Shown: positions 49,116-57,269 of the stretch, piece after piece
Layout: each line of letters starts with the position of its first letter
Numbering within the stretch: the first letter of the stretch is position 1
DNA from: a virus
Lineage: Duplodnaviria; Caudoviricetes
Reading direction: 5' to 3' (one strand)
IMG/VR virus record: IMGVR_UViG_3300032295_003128
Coordinates: 8,116-72,115 of that record
Length of the DNA stretch: 64,000 nucleotides
The notes under the pieces: model-generated
What the model saw: only the letters and a program-made list of their open reading frames with translations
The model's database searches: none
Told to the model about the DNA's origin: nothing
Made by a program: the position numbers and the translations under genes

Positions 49116-50372
49116 ATGACCGAATCAACCCTTATTGAGACCGAACCCGGCGTTCACGAACTCCAACTGAACGGATCGCGGGTCAAAATTCGCGAAACCA
49201 AAAACGGCAACTACAAGTTTTTCCGGCTCGACTGGAAAGTCGGTAGCCGCGCATTCCGCCGCGCCTTTTCCTCCTCCGAAAAAGCCATCGACGAGGCCGA
49301 GCGCATTGTACGGGATCTTGCCCGGGCCGAAGGGGAAAAAACAACCGTGCGTAGCGAGGATATCGTCTACTACCGCGAATGCGCCCGAAAGCTTGGCGGC
49401 GTTCCCCTGCACGAAGCCGTCGAGTTCTACTGCAAGTTCCATCGGGTCGGGGCTCCCCGCAAAACCATCGCCGATCTCGCCCAAGAACTCGAAGTCGCCA
49501 CCCGCGCCCGCGAGGCATCCCGGCGGCATCTCGAAACAATCATTCATCTCAACAAGGTATGGACAAAATGGACGGGCGCAATGACGCCCTCCGAAATTAC
49601 CCCCGCGCTCATCGAGCGAAAGTTCTCCGAAAGCGACTACTCGGCCCACACGAAAAAGAATTTGCTACGGGGTTACCGGGCCCTGGAGCTGTTCGCGATC
49701 CGCCAAAAATATCTGCCGCGTGAATTCGAGAGCGTAGCCGAGCGGGTGACCATACCCAAAACGCGCAACGCCACGCCAGCCGTGTTCACTCCGGAAGATC
49801 TGATGCGGCTCTTCGTTGCCGCGCAGCCGAAACATTTGTCCTACATCGCCATGATGGCGTTTGCTGGCGCCCGCCGGGCGGAGTTCGAGCGCATGACCCG
49901 CGACCACATTTCGCTCGATGACAAAGTCGCCATCATCAATGCGGAAATTGCCAAGAAGGGTTCCCGGCGCGTTTTGGAATTACCGGAAAACCTTTGCGAG
50001 TGGCTGCGCGTGGCCGAACTTCCCGAGAAGGGTCTCCTCACGTCACGCAAAAGCATCGAGCGGCTTTCGTCCAATAAAGCAGCGCTGAAAGAAGTGGGCC
50101 TGGACGCCTCAAAGTGGGAGCAGAACGTGCTCCGCCACTCCTTTTGCTCCTACCACTTGGCCTTACACCGCAACGCGGCCACCACTTCAGAGCAGGCCGG
50201 CAACTCACCTCAAATGCTCCGCGAGCACTACAAATCACTCGTGACCCCCGCCGCCGCCAAAGAATGGTTTGACATAACCCCCGCCAAGGTGATGCAATTC
50301 GCAACTGAGCGTCACCTTGCAGGGTTAATAAAATGGACTTGCCACAAGAAAGGAGCTGTGACAATTTCGTAA
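49116..50372 (+). CDS. int: tyrosine recombinase / integrase
   Basis: AGARRAE (R), AKKG (K), NVLRHSF (R), GNS, EHY (Y); start taken at ATG 49116. Confidence 0.9.
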   Translation: MTESTLIETEPGVHELQLNGSRVKIRETKNGNYKFFRLDWKVGSRAFRRAFSSSEKAIDEAERIVRDLARAEGEKTTVRSEDIVYYRECARKLGGVPLHEAVEFYCKFHRVGAPRKTIADLAQELEVATRAREASRRHLETIIHLNKVWTKWTGAMTPSEITPALIERKFSESDYSAHTKKNLLRGYRALELFAIRQKYLPREFESVAERVTIPKTRNATPAVFTPEDLMRLFVAAQPKHLSYIAMMAFAGARRAEFERMTRDHISLDDKVAIINAEIAKKGSRRVLELPENLCEWLRVAELPEKGLLTSRKSIERLSSNKAALKEVGLDASKWEQNVLRHSFCSYHLALHRNAATTSEQAGNSPQMLREHYKSLVTPAAAKEWFDITPAKVMQFATERHLAGLIKWTCHKKGAVTIS

Positions 50373-50410
50373 CAACCTTGAACCCCCAATCAAGAAAGGA
50401 AAAACACAAC

Positions 50411-50701
50411 ATGCCCAATCAACTGAAACCAGGAACGCGCCGTCTCTCCTATGTCGAGACGCGCCAAGCAGCCAAAGCTTTGGATATCTTAGCTGCGGCC
50501 AAAAGCACCAACGTATCGGCCCTCATTCGTGAGGCCACCGAGGAGTACCTAAAAAAGGTAGATAAAGACAACTCCGTCCGGAAACTCGCCCTGCAAATCG
50601 TGAAAGAACTTCCCGACGACGCGGAAGAACGAGCGGAAGCGGATCTAGACCCGAAAACCATGGAGGCACTCACCGCCGTGATGAAACACATTCGGCGTTG
50701 A
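50411..50701 (+). CDS. ribbon-helix-helix regulator, candidate repressor
   Basis: RRLSYVE...LDILAAAKSTNVSALIREAT; GAAAGGA SD; directly after integrase. Confidence 0.65.
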   Translation: MPNQLKPGTRRLSYVETRQAAKALDILAAAKSTNVSALIREATEEYLKKVDKDNSVRKLALQIVKELPDDAEERAEADLDPKTMEALTAVMKHIRR

Positions 50702-50790
50702 CCGGCACTATCAGAACGTTAATATCCGTCTGCTTCCTACGTCCTAACCTCACCACCTAAACCAAATTAAACCTAAATATACCAGAAGTC

Positions 50791-51009
50791 ATGGTCATTC
50801 ACCTCACCTACGCCCAAGAAGAGGCACTCAAACGCCTATCGAACCAAGTCAACCTCCCTCCGGGGAAAATCGCCGAGTTATTTGTGCAGGACGGGATTTC
50901 GTCGTATGCTTATACCAACGATGGACACACCTCTCTGCGCGAATCCCTTGCCGAGTCTTCAGAAGCTTCGCAACCCGAAGCTGATCCGGAGCTTTGCCAG
51001 CGACGCTGA
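50791..51009 (+). CDS. small RHH-like DNA-binding protein
   Basis: MVIHLT...EALKRLS...PGKIAELFVQDG strand-helix-helix pattern. Confidence 0.5.
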   Translation: MVIHLTYAQEEALKRLSNQVNLPPGKIAELFVQDGISSYAYTNDGHTSLRESLAESSEASQPEADPELCQRR

Positions 51010-51112
51010 ATTAGAAGACGCACTCATCAAGGCTGCGGAGGCTACCGGCTACTCCATGAGCGAAATTATCCGGCAAGCTCTCCGCAGCTCTTTGATTAAG
51101 CAAGGTTCTTAA
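50921..51112 (+). CDS. CopG/RHH DNA-binding protein
   Basis: IRSFASDAELEDALIKAAEATGYSMSEIIRQAL. Confidence 0.65.
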   Translation: MDTPLCANPLPSLQKLRNPKLIRSFASDAELEDALIKAAEATGYSMSEIIRQALRSSLIKQGS

Positions 51113-51123
51113 CCGCGCAACCC

Positions 51124-51210
51124 GTGACAATCATCAGCCTTACCTGGTGTTTGCTGCTCATGCTCGTAGTCGTTGCCTGTATCGACAGCGACGAACCGCC
51201 CTACTTATGA
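51124..51210 (+). CDS. 28-aa hydrophobic peptide (not in ORF track)
   Basis: GTG start, MTIISLTWCLLLMLVVVACIDSDEPPYL, ATGA overlap with next gene. Confidence 0.4.
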   Translation: MTIISLTWCLLLMLVVVACIDSDEPPYL

Positions 51211-51494
51211 CAATGACAATCGAATGCTCGGCTTTCACCGCGACACCGATCGCCGAAGGCCGCATTAAGTTGGAAATCCAATCGGCCGCCGCGCCGCGCA
51301 AAGACGTCTACACCGCAGGGGAAGCCGTTGCTCGCCTAAGCGAGATCTTCGGCAAACCCCTTCACCGCAATTCGCTGGCCTACTGGCGAAAACAAGGACT
51401 CCCGTGCGTCAAGCTCGGGGAGAAAAAGATCATGTACTCCGAGGACGACCTTGTGCGCTGGGCCCAAGGCCGCATTACTTCAGCGATCCCGTGA
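51207..51494 (+). CDS. excisionase-like winged HTH protein
   Basis: YTAGEAV...RNSLAYWRKQGLP.VKLG..IMYSEDDLVRW. Confidence 0.7.
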   Translation: MTMTIECSAFTATPIAEGRIKLEIQSAAAPRKDVYTAGEAVARLSEIFGKPLHRNSLAYWRKQGLPCVKLGEKKIMYSEDDLVRWAQGRITSAIP

Positions 51495-51853
51495 ATAGCC
51501 GCCAAAAAGGTAAGCGGGTCGAACGACTCTGGAGGGATCAACTCCGGGAGGCCGGTTTTCTCAAAGCCTACCGAGGACAACAATACTGCGGCGCAGCGGG
51601 TGACGCTGACGTGGTTTGTCCCGAGTTACCGGGCTTTCACTTCGAGGTCAAAGGCGTTCAGAACCTGAACGTCCTCGTTGCGATGAAACAAGCGATCAGC
51701 GACTGCGGAAAAAAGATTCCGGTCCTGGCGCATAAGAAAAACAACGAACCTTGGCTCGTGACCATGCTCGCTGATGACTGGCTGCCCTTAGTTAAAGAGA
51801 CTGACCGAGTTAGTCTGTCGGAAACTCCCGAATCGGCTCACGATAATCCGTGA
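51491..51853 (+). CDS. Holliday junction resolvase (PD-(D/E)XK, Hjc-like)
   Basis: NSRQKGKRVER, RGQQY, DADVV, HFEVK; GTG start overlapping previous TGA. Confidence 0.8.
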   Translation: MNSRQKGKRVERLWRDQLREAGFLKAYRGQQYCGAAGDADVVCPELPGFHFEVKGVQNLNVLVAMKQAISDCGKKIPVLAHKKNNEPWLVTMLADDWLPLVKETDRVSLSETPESAHDNP

Positions 51854-51983
51854 AATATGTGGTGTCGTTTTCTCGTCGAATCGCCCCGAACCCCTCGTAG
51901 CCGTTGGGGCCGTAAATTTGAACGTACTCAGGGTCAGACGCCAGCGCGGGCGCGAGAAAAAGCATAAAGATCACGAATTTCAT
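51810..51983 (-). CDS. small secreted protein (signal peptide)
   Basis: MKFVIFMLFLAPALA-SD signal; fills the only gap, on the opposite strand. Confidence 0.5.
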   Translation of the reverse strand: MKFVIFMLFLAPALASDPEYVQIYGPNGYEGFGAIRRENDTTYFTDYREPIREFPTD

Positions 51984-52020
51984 ACAAGTAATAGACTTAA
52001 GCGATACCCCCGCGTTCAAA

Positions 52021-52692
52021 ATGACTCCCGAGCAAGTACGAGCCCTCTACGACCAAAGATACGCCGAAACATACGATGCGACATTCCGGGAGGGATCAAC
52101 GGCGTCACCCCTGACCAAACACGAAAGATCGATCCTCAAGCTACTGCTCGACAAAGGAGGGCCGTGGCTAGACGTCGGATGCGGCACCGGCTATTTTCTA
52201 AAGCAGTTCCCCCACATCGAGCGGACAGGGTTAGACTTGTCGCCCGCCATGTTGCGGATCGCCCAAAAAGCCAACCCTTCGGCAACGCTAGTCGGAGGGA
52301 ACTTTCTGGAGCCGCACCCACAATGGAACGGAAAATTCCGGGTGGTAACATGTATGTGGTATGCCTACACCCTAGTAGACTCCATCCGTGACGTCGAAGT
52401 CGCGATAAACAACATGGCCGACTGGACCTCTACGGACGGATTTCTGTTCGTTCCAGTTTGCGATCCACACTCTTTTGTGGGCGAGTTTCCAGACAGCCAA
52501 CCGTGGTGGGACGCCAAATCGTCAGTCCGAGTAACCGGCGTCACATGGAATTTTGAACAGCCCGGCAAGAACCACGTTCACTTAGTTAGCCCGACTACCG
52601 AGGTCATGCGGGAGATGCTCTCCAGACGTTTCCATAGTGTGACCAAGATCTCATATGAGACCGTCGCGTTTCTCGCTAAACACAAACGATGA
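52021..52692 (+). CDS. class I SAM-dependent methyltransferase (non-DNA type)
   Basis: WLDVGCGTG, GLDLSPAML. Confidence 0.85.
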   Translation: MTPEQVRALYDQRYAETYDATFREGSTASPLTKHERSILKLLLDKGGPWLDVGCGTGYFLKQFPHIERTGLDLSPAMLRIAQKANPSATLVGGNFLEPHPQWNGKFRVVTCMWYAYTLVDSIRDVEVAINNMADWTSTDGFLFVPVCDPHSFVGEFPDSQPWWDAKSSVRVTGVTWNFEQPGKNHVHLVSPTTEVMREMLSRRFHSVTKISYETVAFLAKHKR

Positions 52693-55109
52693 AGCTCTTC
52701 CCCTACCAAAAAGAAGCCGTAGAGCGGCACCTCAAGATCCTCGACTCAGTCGGCGCTTCCTTAGACGGAACCGGCTGCGGAGGCGGGAAAACTGTTATCG
52801 CCAGCGCGGTGGCGGCCAAGTATGCGTTGAAAACCTGCGTGGTCTGCCCGAAGAGCGTCATCGCCAAGTGGGAAGACACGCTCGCGGCGTTCGGGGTCAA
52901 GCCCCTCTTTGTTCTCAACCCCGAAAAGTTGCGGAACGGGAACACCCCCTGGGTAAAAAAGATCCCGAGCGGGGGTAAAAAGACAAAGTTCGAGTGGAAT
53001 ATACCCGAGCGGTGTCTTTTGATTTTCGACGAGGCGCACGTCTGCGGCTCGGCGACGTCCCAGAACGGAAAACTCCTTGAGTCCGCCGCTGACCATTGCG
53101 TTCTCATGCTCTCGGCGACCGCTGCCGAGTCCCCTCTCCGCATGAAAGCCATCGGAGTCCAGCTCCGTCTCTTTACGCCCGGCTACTACTGGAAATGGGT
53201 CCGCGAACAAGGAGCGGTCGAGTCTCGATGGGGCGGACTAGAGTGGGATCCTAAGCGCGCTGAAAACAAAGAGAAAATGGAACGCCTCCATCATTCGATA
53301 TACGCGAATAGAGGATACCGCGTCCCGGAGGCAGTCCTGCGCGAGCAGCTCCCAGAGCTGATGATTACCGACGAACAACTATGGCTTTCCACAACCGACA
53401 AAAATGAAGTCAAAAAACTCTACGACGAAATGGCCGACCCCGAAGATCCAGGAGCGGTCAAAAACCTCCGGCAGCGTCAAGCCATCGAGAAAATCAAAGT
53501 CCCCTACCTCGTGGAGAGGGCGAAAGAAATCGTGGACGCCGGAGGATCAGCCGTCGTCTTCCTCAATTTCCACGAATCCATCGACGCCGCCCGCGTCCAT
53601 TTCGACCAAGGCTGCGTCATCGACGGACGCGAAAGCGCGGAACAGCGGCTCGAAACGCGCCGCCGGTTTCAAGCAAACGAACTGCGGACGATCATCGTCC
53701 AAATCGCGGCCGGTGGACAAAGCATCGATCTACACGACACAAGTGGTTCGTTCCCTCGCGTGGCTTTGCTGTGCCCCCAATTCAGCGGAGTTGTGGAAGA
53801 GCAGGCTATTGGACGGATCGCCCGAGTGGGGGCCCGGTCGAGGGCTCTCGTTATCCGACTGTTTGCCCCCGGAAGCGTAGAAGCGGCCGCCGCCAAACTC
53901 AGCGCCGAAAAACGCGAAAACTTAGAAATTTTGAATGAGGGCAAGAAAAGTTTGAACGAATCCGCCAGTCCCGAAGTCTCTTCTTCCATGTCCGGGTTAT
54001 CAACCTCACAACCTGCGGCCGATGCGCCCGAAATTCTTCCCGCTCACAGCGAGCATTCACCTTCATCCCTAAAACTCAAAGCTATATGCCCAGGATTCCG
54101 AAACGACCAAACCAGAGACAAATCAGCAGCCGACCGAGGGACCCTCGGCCACAAAGCGGTGGAGCTGGAAAACCTCGACGTGGTCCCACCGGACGATTCA
54201 CGTCTGCGCGAAGCTGCGGAAATGTGCCTGAAGTATCTCTCCCTGCTGCGGAAAAAGGTCGGCCCAAGCGCAAAGGAAATTCGCGAAGAAAGGTACTCGA
54301 TGCTGGATCAGTTTGGTCATATCGACCATCTGTTCCTGAACGGGCCGCAAGCCCACTTGATCGACTACAAGTTTGCGTTCAGCGCCTACGAAGCGGACTC
54401 ACCTCAATTTTGGGCCTATTGTCTCGGCGTTTGGGATAAACATCCCGAGGTCGAGGAAATCACCGCCCACGTAGTTTTACCATTTCAAGGGGTTATCGAC
54501 GTCGAGTCTTGGTCGCGGAAGTCCGACTATGAGCGGCTCTCGGCGCAAACCGCCGCGATCATCGAATCCGCTCGCCGCGATAACCCCGAGACTTACCAGA
54601 CCGGCAGCCATTGCGCGTGGTGCGGGCAACGGGCCAAATGCCCGAAGCTCAACAACCTCGCGCTGGCCGTTGCCGCCCAATACCAACCCGAAGCGCTGGA
54701 ACTTCCGGCCAAGTTCGACCCCGCACTGATCGACGATCCCGAGGTCATTGCCGTCGCCAAAAAACTCGGCCCGATCTTGAAGGCGTGGGCCGAGAAAGTC
54801 GATCAACGTGCGCTCGAAATGCGCTTGGTCGAGGGCATCGAGATTCCCGGCTTCGAGTTGGCCGAGCGGTCGGCTCCTTTCAAAATCACGGACGCGCAGG
54901 CCGCATGGGAAGTGGTCAAAGATCACATGACGCCCGAAGCCTTCGCTGGGTGCGCGGAAGTAAAAATCGGAGCGCTGGAGAAGGCGTTCGTCCGCACCGC
55001 CAAGCGCGGCACCATCAAATCCGCCAAGGAGACTTTGCGCTGCGCCCTTCTGGACGCCAACGCAGCTCAGTCCGAAGGCACCAGCCAATACCTGAGGAAG
55101 AGCAAATGA
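52689..55109 (+). CDS. SF2 helicase fused to Cas4/DUF2800-like PD-(D/E)XK nuclease
   Basis: LFPYQ, GCGGGKT, DEAH, SAT, QAIGRIAR; then HSPSS..CPG, GHID, IDYK, CAWC...C. Confidence 0.85.
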   Translation: MKLFPYQKEAVERHLKILDSVGASLDGTGCGGGKTVIASAVAAKYALKTCVVCPKSVIAKWEDTLAAFGVKPLFVLNPEKLRNGNTPWVKKIPSGGKKTKFEWNIPERCLLIFDEAHVCGSATSQNGKLLESAADHCVLMLSATAAESPLRMKAIGVQLRLFTPGYYWKWVREQGAVESRWGGLEWDPKRAENKEKMERLHHSIYANRGYRVPEAVLREQLPELMITDEQLWLSTTDKNEVKKLYDEMADPEDPGAVKNLRQRQAIEKIKVPYLVERAKEIVDAGGSAVVFLNFHESIDAARVHFDQGCVIDGRESAEQRLETRRRFQANELRTIIVQIAAGGQSIDLHDTSGSFPRVALLCPQFSGVVEEQAIGRIARVGARSRALVIRLFAPGSVEAAAAKLSAEKRENLEILNEGKKSLNESASPEVSSSMSGLSTSQPAADAPEILPAHSEHSPSSLKLKAICPGFRNDQTRDKSAADRGTLGHKAVELENLDVVPPDDSRLREAAEMCLKYLSLLRKKVGPSAKEIREERYSMLDQFGHIDHLFLNGPQAHLIDYKFAFSAYEADSPQFWAYCLGVWDKHPEVEEITAHVVLPFQGVIDVESWSRKSDYERLSAQTAAIIESARRDNPETYQTGSHCAWCGQRAKCPKLNNLALAVAAQYQPEALELPAKFDPALIDDPEVIAVAKKLGPILKAWAEKVDQRALEMRLVEGIEIPGFELAERSAPFKITDAQAAWEVVKDHMTPEAFAGCAEVKIGALEKAFVRTAKRGTIKSAKETLRCALLDANAAQSEGTSQYLRKSK

Positions 55110-55223
55110 CGATGGGCGGGGATGGGACGCTGAAATTCCGAAGGATTGGAAAACTTTGAAGGGTTCTTAACCCAACAACCGAGGCAGCGGCACTGCCAAA
55201 CAACAAACAAAACTAAACATCGT

Positions 55224-55985
55224 ATGAGCAAAATATCGTTTGAAGACCTCGACAAAGCACCCGCTGAGTCGAACACCGAAACCGCAATCGCCGTGAAGCC
55301 GGACTTGGCCGTAGCCGTCCCGAGCATCGGCGAGCCAGCTAAAGGACTCTTGGGAGAGTGGACCGCGCAAGACACGCGCTTGCCCCGCTTGAACTTGGTC
55401 AACAAGAGCGGCGACCTCGCCAACACGTTTGTCCCAGGGACTTACGTCATAAACAAAGAGCACCAGCTCAATCAACTCTCGGCCGACTCCCGCGAGCGGA
55501 GCAACCCGATCAACGTCATCGTCGCGACGATGGCGAAACAGTACCAGGAAAACATTCCGTTCGATCAGCGCGAGTCCACTCCGGCTCGCCTCTTCAACAA
55601 AGCCTCCGAAGTCATGGCGGCCGCCGGATCAATCAGCCGCATGAGCGGCGAAGGGAAATTCTCCGAAATCGCGCACATCGAGCTTTTCCTCGAAGAGCCG
55701 GAGGGGTTGACCGAAGACGCCCAGGCGCTCTTCTACTACACGTTCGGGGGCAAAAAATACACCCGCGTCATGTGGACTGTCAGCGGCACCGCTTTCGGCG
55801 CAGTCGCCGTCACGATCGCCAGTGCGCTGCGGGGACACTTGTCTTCGACCGGACTGACCGGAGGTCAATGGCTCCTCGGGTCGAACCTGATCAAAGGCCA
55901 AAAGAATAGCTGGTGGCAGCCGAGCATCCGCACCAACGGACTCGTGGCCCCAGAGGTCACCAAAGAAATCGAGGGCAACCTCTAA
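55224..55985 (+). CDS. putative single-stranded DNA-binding protein
   Basis: DTRLPRLNLV motif; position between nuclease and PolA; strong terminator after; start MSKISF. Confidence 0.55.
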   Translation: MSKISFEDLDKAPAESNTETAIAVKPDLAVAVPSIGEPAKGLLGEWTAQDTRLPRLNLVNKSGDLANTFVPGTYVINKEHQLNQLSADSRERSNPINVIVATMAKQYQENIPFDQRESTPARLFNKASEVMAAAGSISRMSGEGKFSEIAHIELFLEEPEGLTEDAQALFYYTFGGKKYTRVMWTVSGTAFGAVAVTIASALRGHLSSTGLTGGQWLLGSNLIKGQKNSWWQPSIRTNGLVAPEVTKEIEGNL

Positions 55986-55992
55986 TCAATCC

Positions 55993-56054
55993 GCTTCCGG
56001 CTGGAGGGACTGTTTGTGGGGGCATGGGCACCCCTCTGGCCGGAAGCTCTTTTT
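55993..56054 (+). terminator. intrinsic terminator-like hairpin after SSB gene
   Basis: 16-bp stem (55993-56008/56032-56047, 2 GU pairs), 23-nt loop, then TCTTTTT. Confidence 0.7.
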
Positions 56055-56639
56055 ATGACCCACCTTTATATTGCGGGGCCGATGCGCGGCTACCCGCGCT
56101 ACAATTTTGACGCGTTTCTCGCGGCCGACATCGACCTACGAGATCGCGGATTTGAACCAATCAATCCAGCCAAACTGGACTTAGACGCGGGCTTTGATCC
56201 CGACAAAGATCCCGTCACCGCCGAGTTCATGGACAACGCCATGCGGCGCGACATTGCCGGAGTGCTGAAGGCCGAGGGCCTTGTCCTTCTTCCGGGATGG
56301 GAGCGTTCGATCGGCGCCAGAGCTGAAAAAGCCCTGGCCGAGTGGCGCGGCATCCCAATTCTTCTCTACCCTTCGCTCGCGGAACTCGACAAAGAGTCAA
56401 TCCTCCTCGAAGCCGAGCGGCTTACGGACGGGGACCGGCAAAGCCAATACGGGCCGCCAGAGCAGGATTTCGCAAGAACAGCCGCCATGTGGAACGCCCT
56501 CTTCGGGTGGGCCGCCACGGCGCGTGACGTAGCGATGGCGATGATCTGCCTCAAACTTTCGCGCCAAACTCACATGGCGAAGCGCGACAATTGGACGGAC
56601 ATCGCCGGATACGCCAAGTGCGGATGGAGGTGCCCATGA
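56055..56639 (+). CDS. DUF4406 (nucleoside deoxyribosyltransferase-like) + DUF6378-like fusion
   Basis: YIAGPMRG..YNFDAF, INPA, LPGWERSIGARAE; then DRQSQYG..DFARTAAMW...KLSR...DNWTDIAGY. Confidence 0.75.
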   Translation: MTHLYIAGPMRGYPRYNFDAFLAADIDLRDRGFEPINPAKLDLDAGFDPDKDPVTAEFMDNAMRRDIAGVLKAEGLVLLPGWERSIGARAEKALAEWRGIPILLYPSLAELDKESILLEAERLTDGDRQSQYGPPEQDFARTAAMWNALFGWAATARDVAMAMICLKLSRQTHMAKRDNWTDIAGYAKCGWRCP

Positions 56640-56812
56640 GCGAAGAATTCACCGCATGGAAAGCCCTCGCCGGCCCTTACCGCGAAGACGAGCAATGGAT
56701 GTTGGATAACGTCCTCGCCGATCTCCGGCGCGGCGGCATCAAGTTCCTGGTGCGATACACCGCGAGCGGATTAGAGGTCTGGCGCGACAAAATCGGATGG
56801 CTCGGCGAATGA
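56636..56812 (+). CDS. hypothetical protein
   Basis: ATGA overlaps on both sides. Confidence 0.6.
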   Translation: MSEEFTAWKALAGPYREDEQWMLDNVLADLRRGGIKFLVRYTASGLEVWRDKIGWLGE

Positions 56813-57078
56813 GAACTTACACCATCGTCATCGAAGAAAACGTTCCGCTGGCCCGCAAGACCAAGGCCGGAAACATCTACGTGCATCCGCTGTCATGGAT
56901 CGTCCCAAAACTGCGGGTGAACGATTCGTTCCTTTACCCCGCGTCTACCGGTGAGCGGCCCAACAACCTTCGCTCCATAGCCAATGGCTATGCCAAGCGC
57001 CTCGGTATCAAAATCGCCACGCGCAAAGTAATCGACCGAGAAGGGGTCGATCGCATCCGCTTTTACCGCACAGCATGA
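56809..57078 (+). CDS. small basic DNA-binding-like protein
   Basis: IEENVPL...LRVNDSF...IATRK...IRFYRT. Confidence 0.55.
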   Translation: MRTYTIVIEENVPLARKTKAGNIYVHPLSWIVPKLRVNDSFLYPASTGERPNNLRSIANGYAKRLGIKIATRKVIDREGVDRIRFYRTA

Positions 57079-57269
57079 GTGACTACCCACTAGGCCGCAT
57101 CGAATTCAGCGATCCGGACATTGTTCGGCCGGAACAGACTCTCTCCGTCACACTCGGCGTTTTGTGCGGCATCCAAGTCGAACAGGAAGACTTGATCGAC
57201 GAACTCTGCGACTTCGCGGGCTACCTCCTCACCCTTATCTGCGAACTCGATGGTAGCGATCGACTTTGA
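57075..57269 (+). CDS. acidic hypothetical protein
   Basis: ATGA overlap; precedes PolA. Confidence 0.5.
   Translation: MSDYPLGRIEFSDPDIVRPEQTLSVTLGVLCGIQVEQEDLIDELCDFAGYLLTLICELDGSDRL

Noticed and set aside
54050-54650. Cas4 as evidence of a CRISPR system
   Set aside because: It is a DUF2800-like phage replication nuclease fused to a helicase; no cas1 or array
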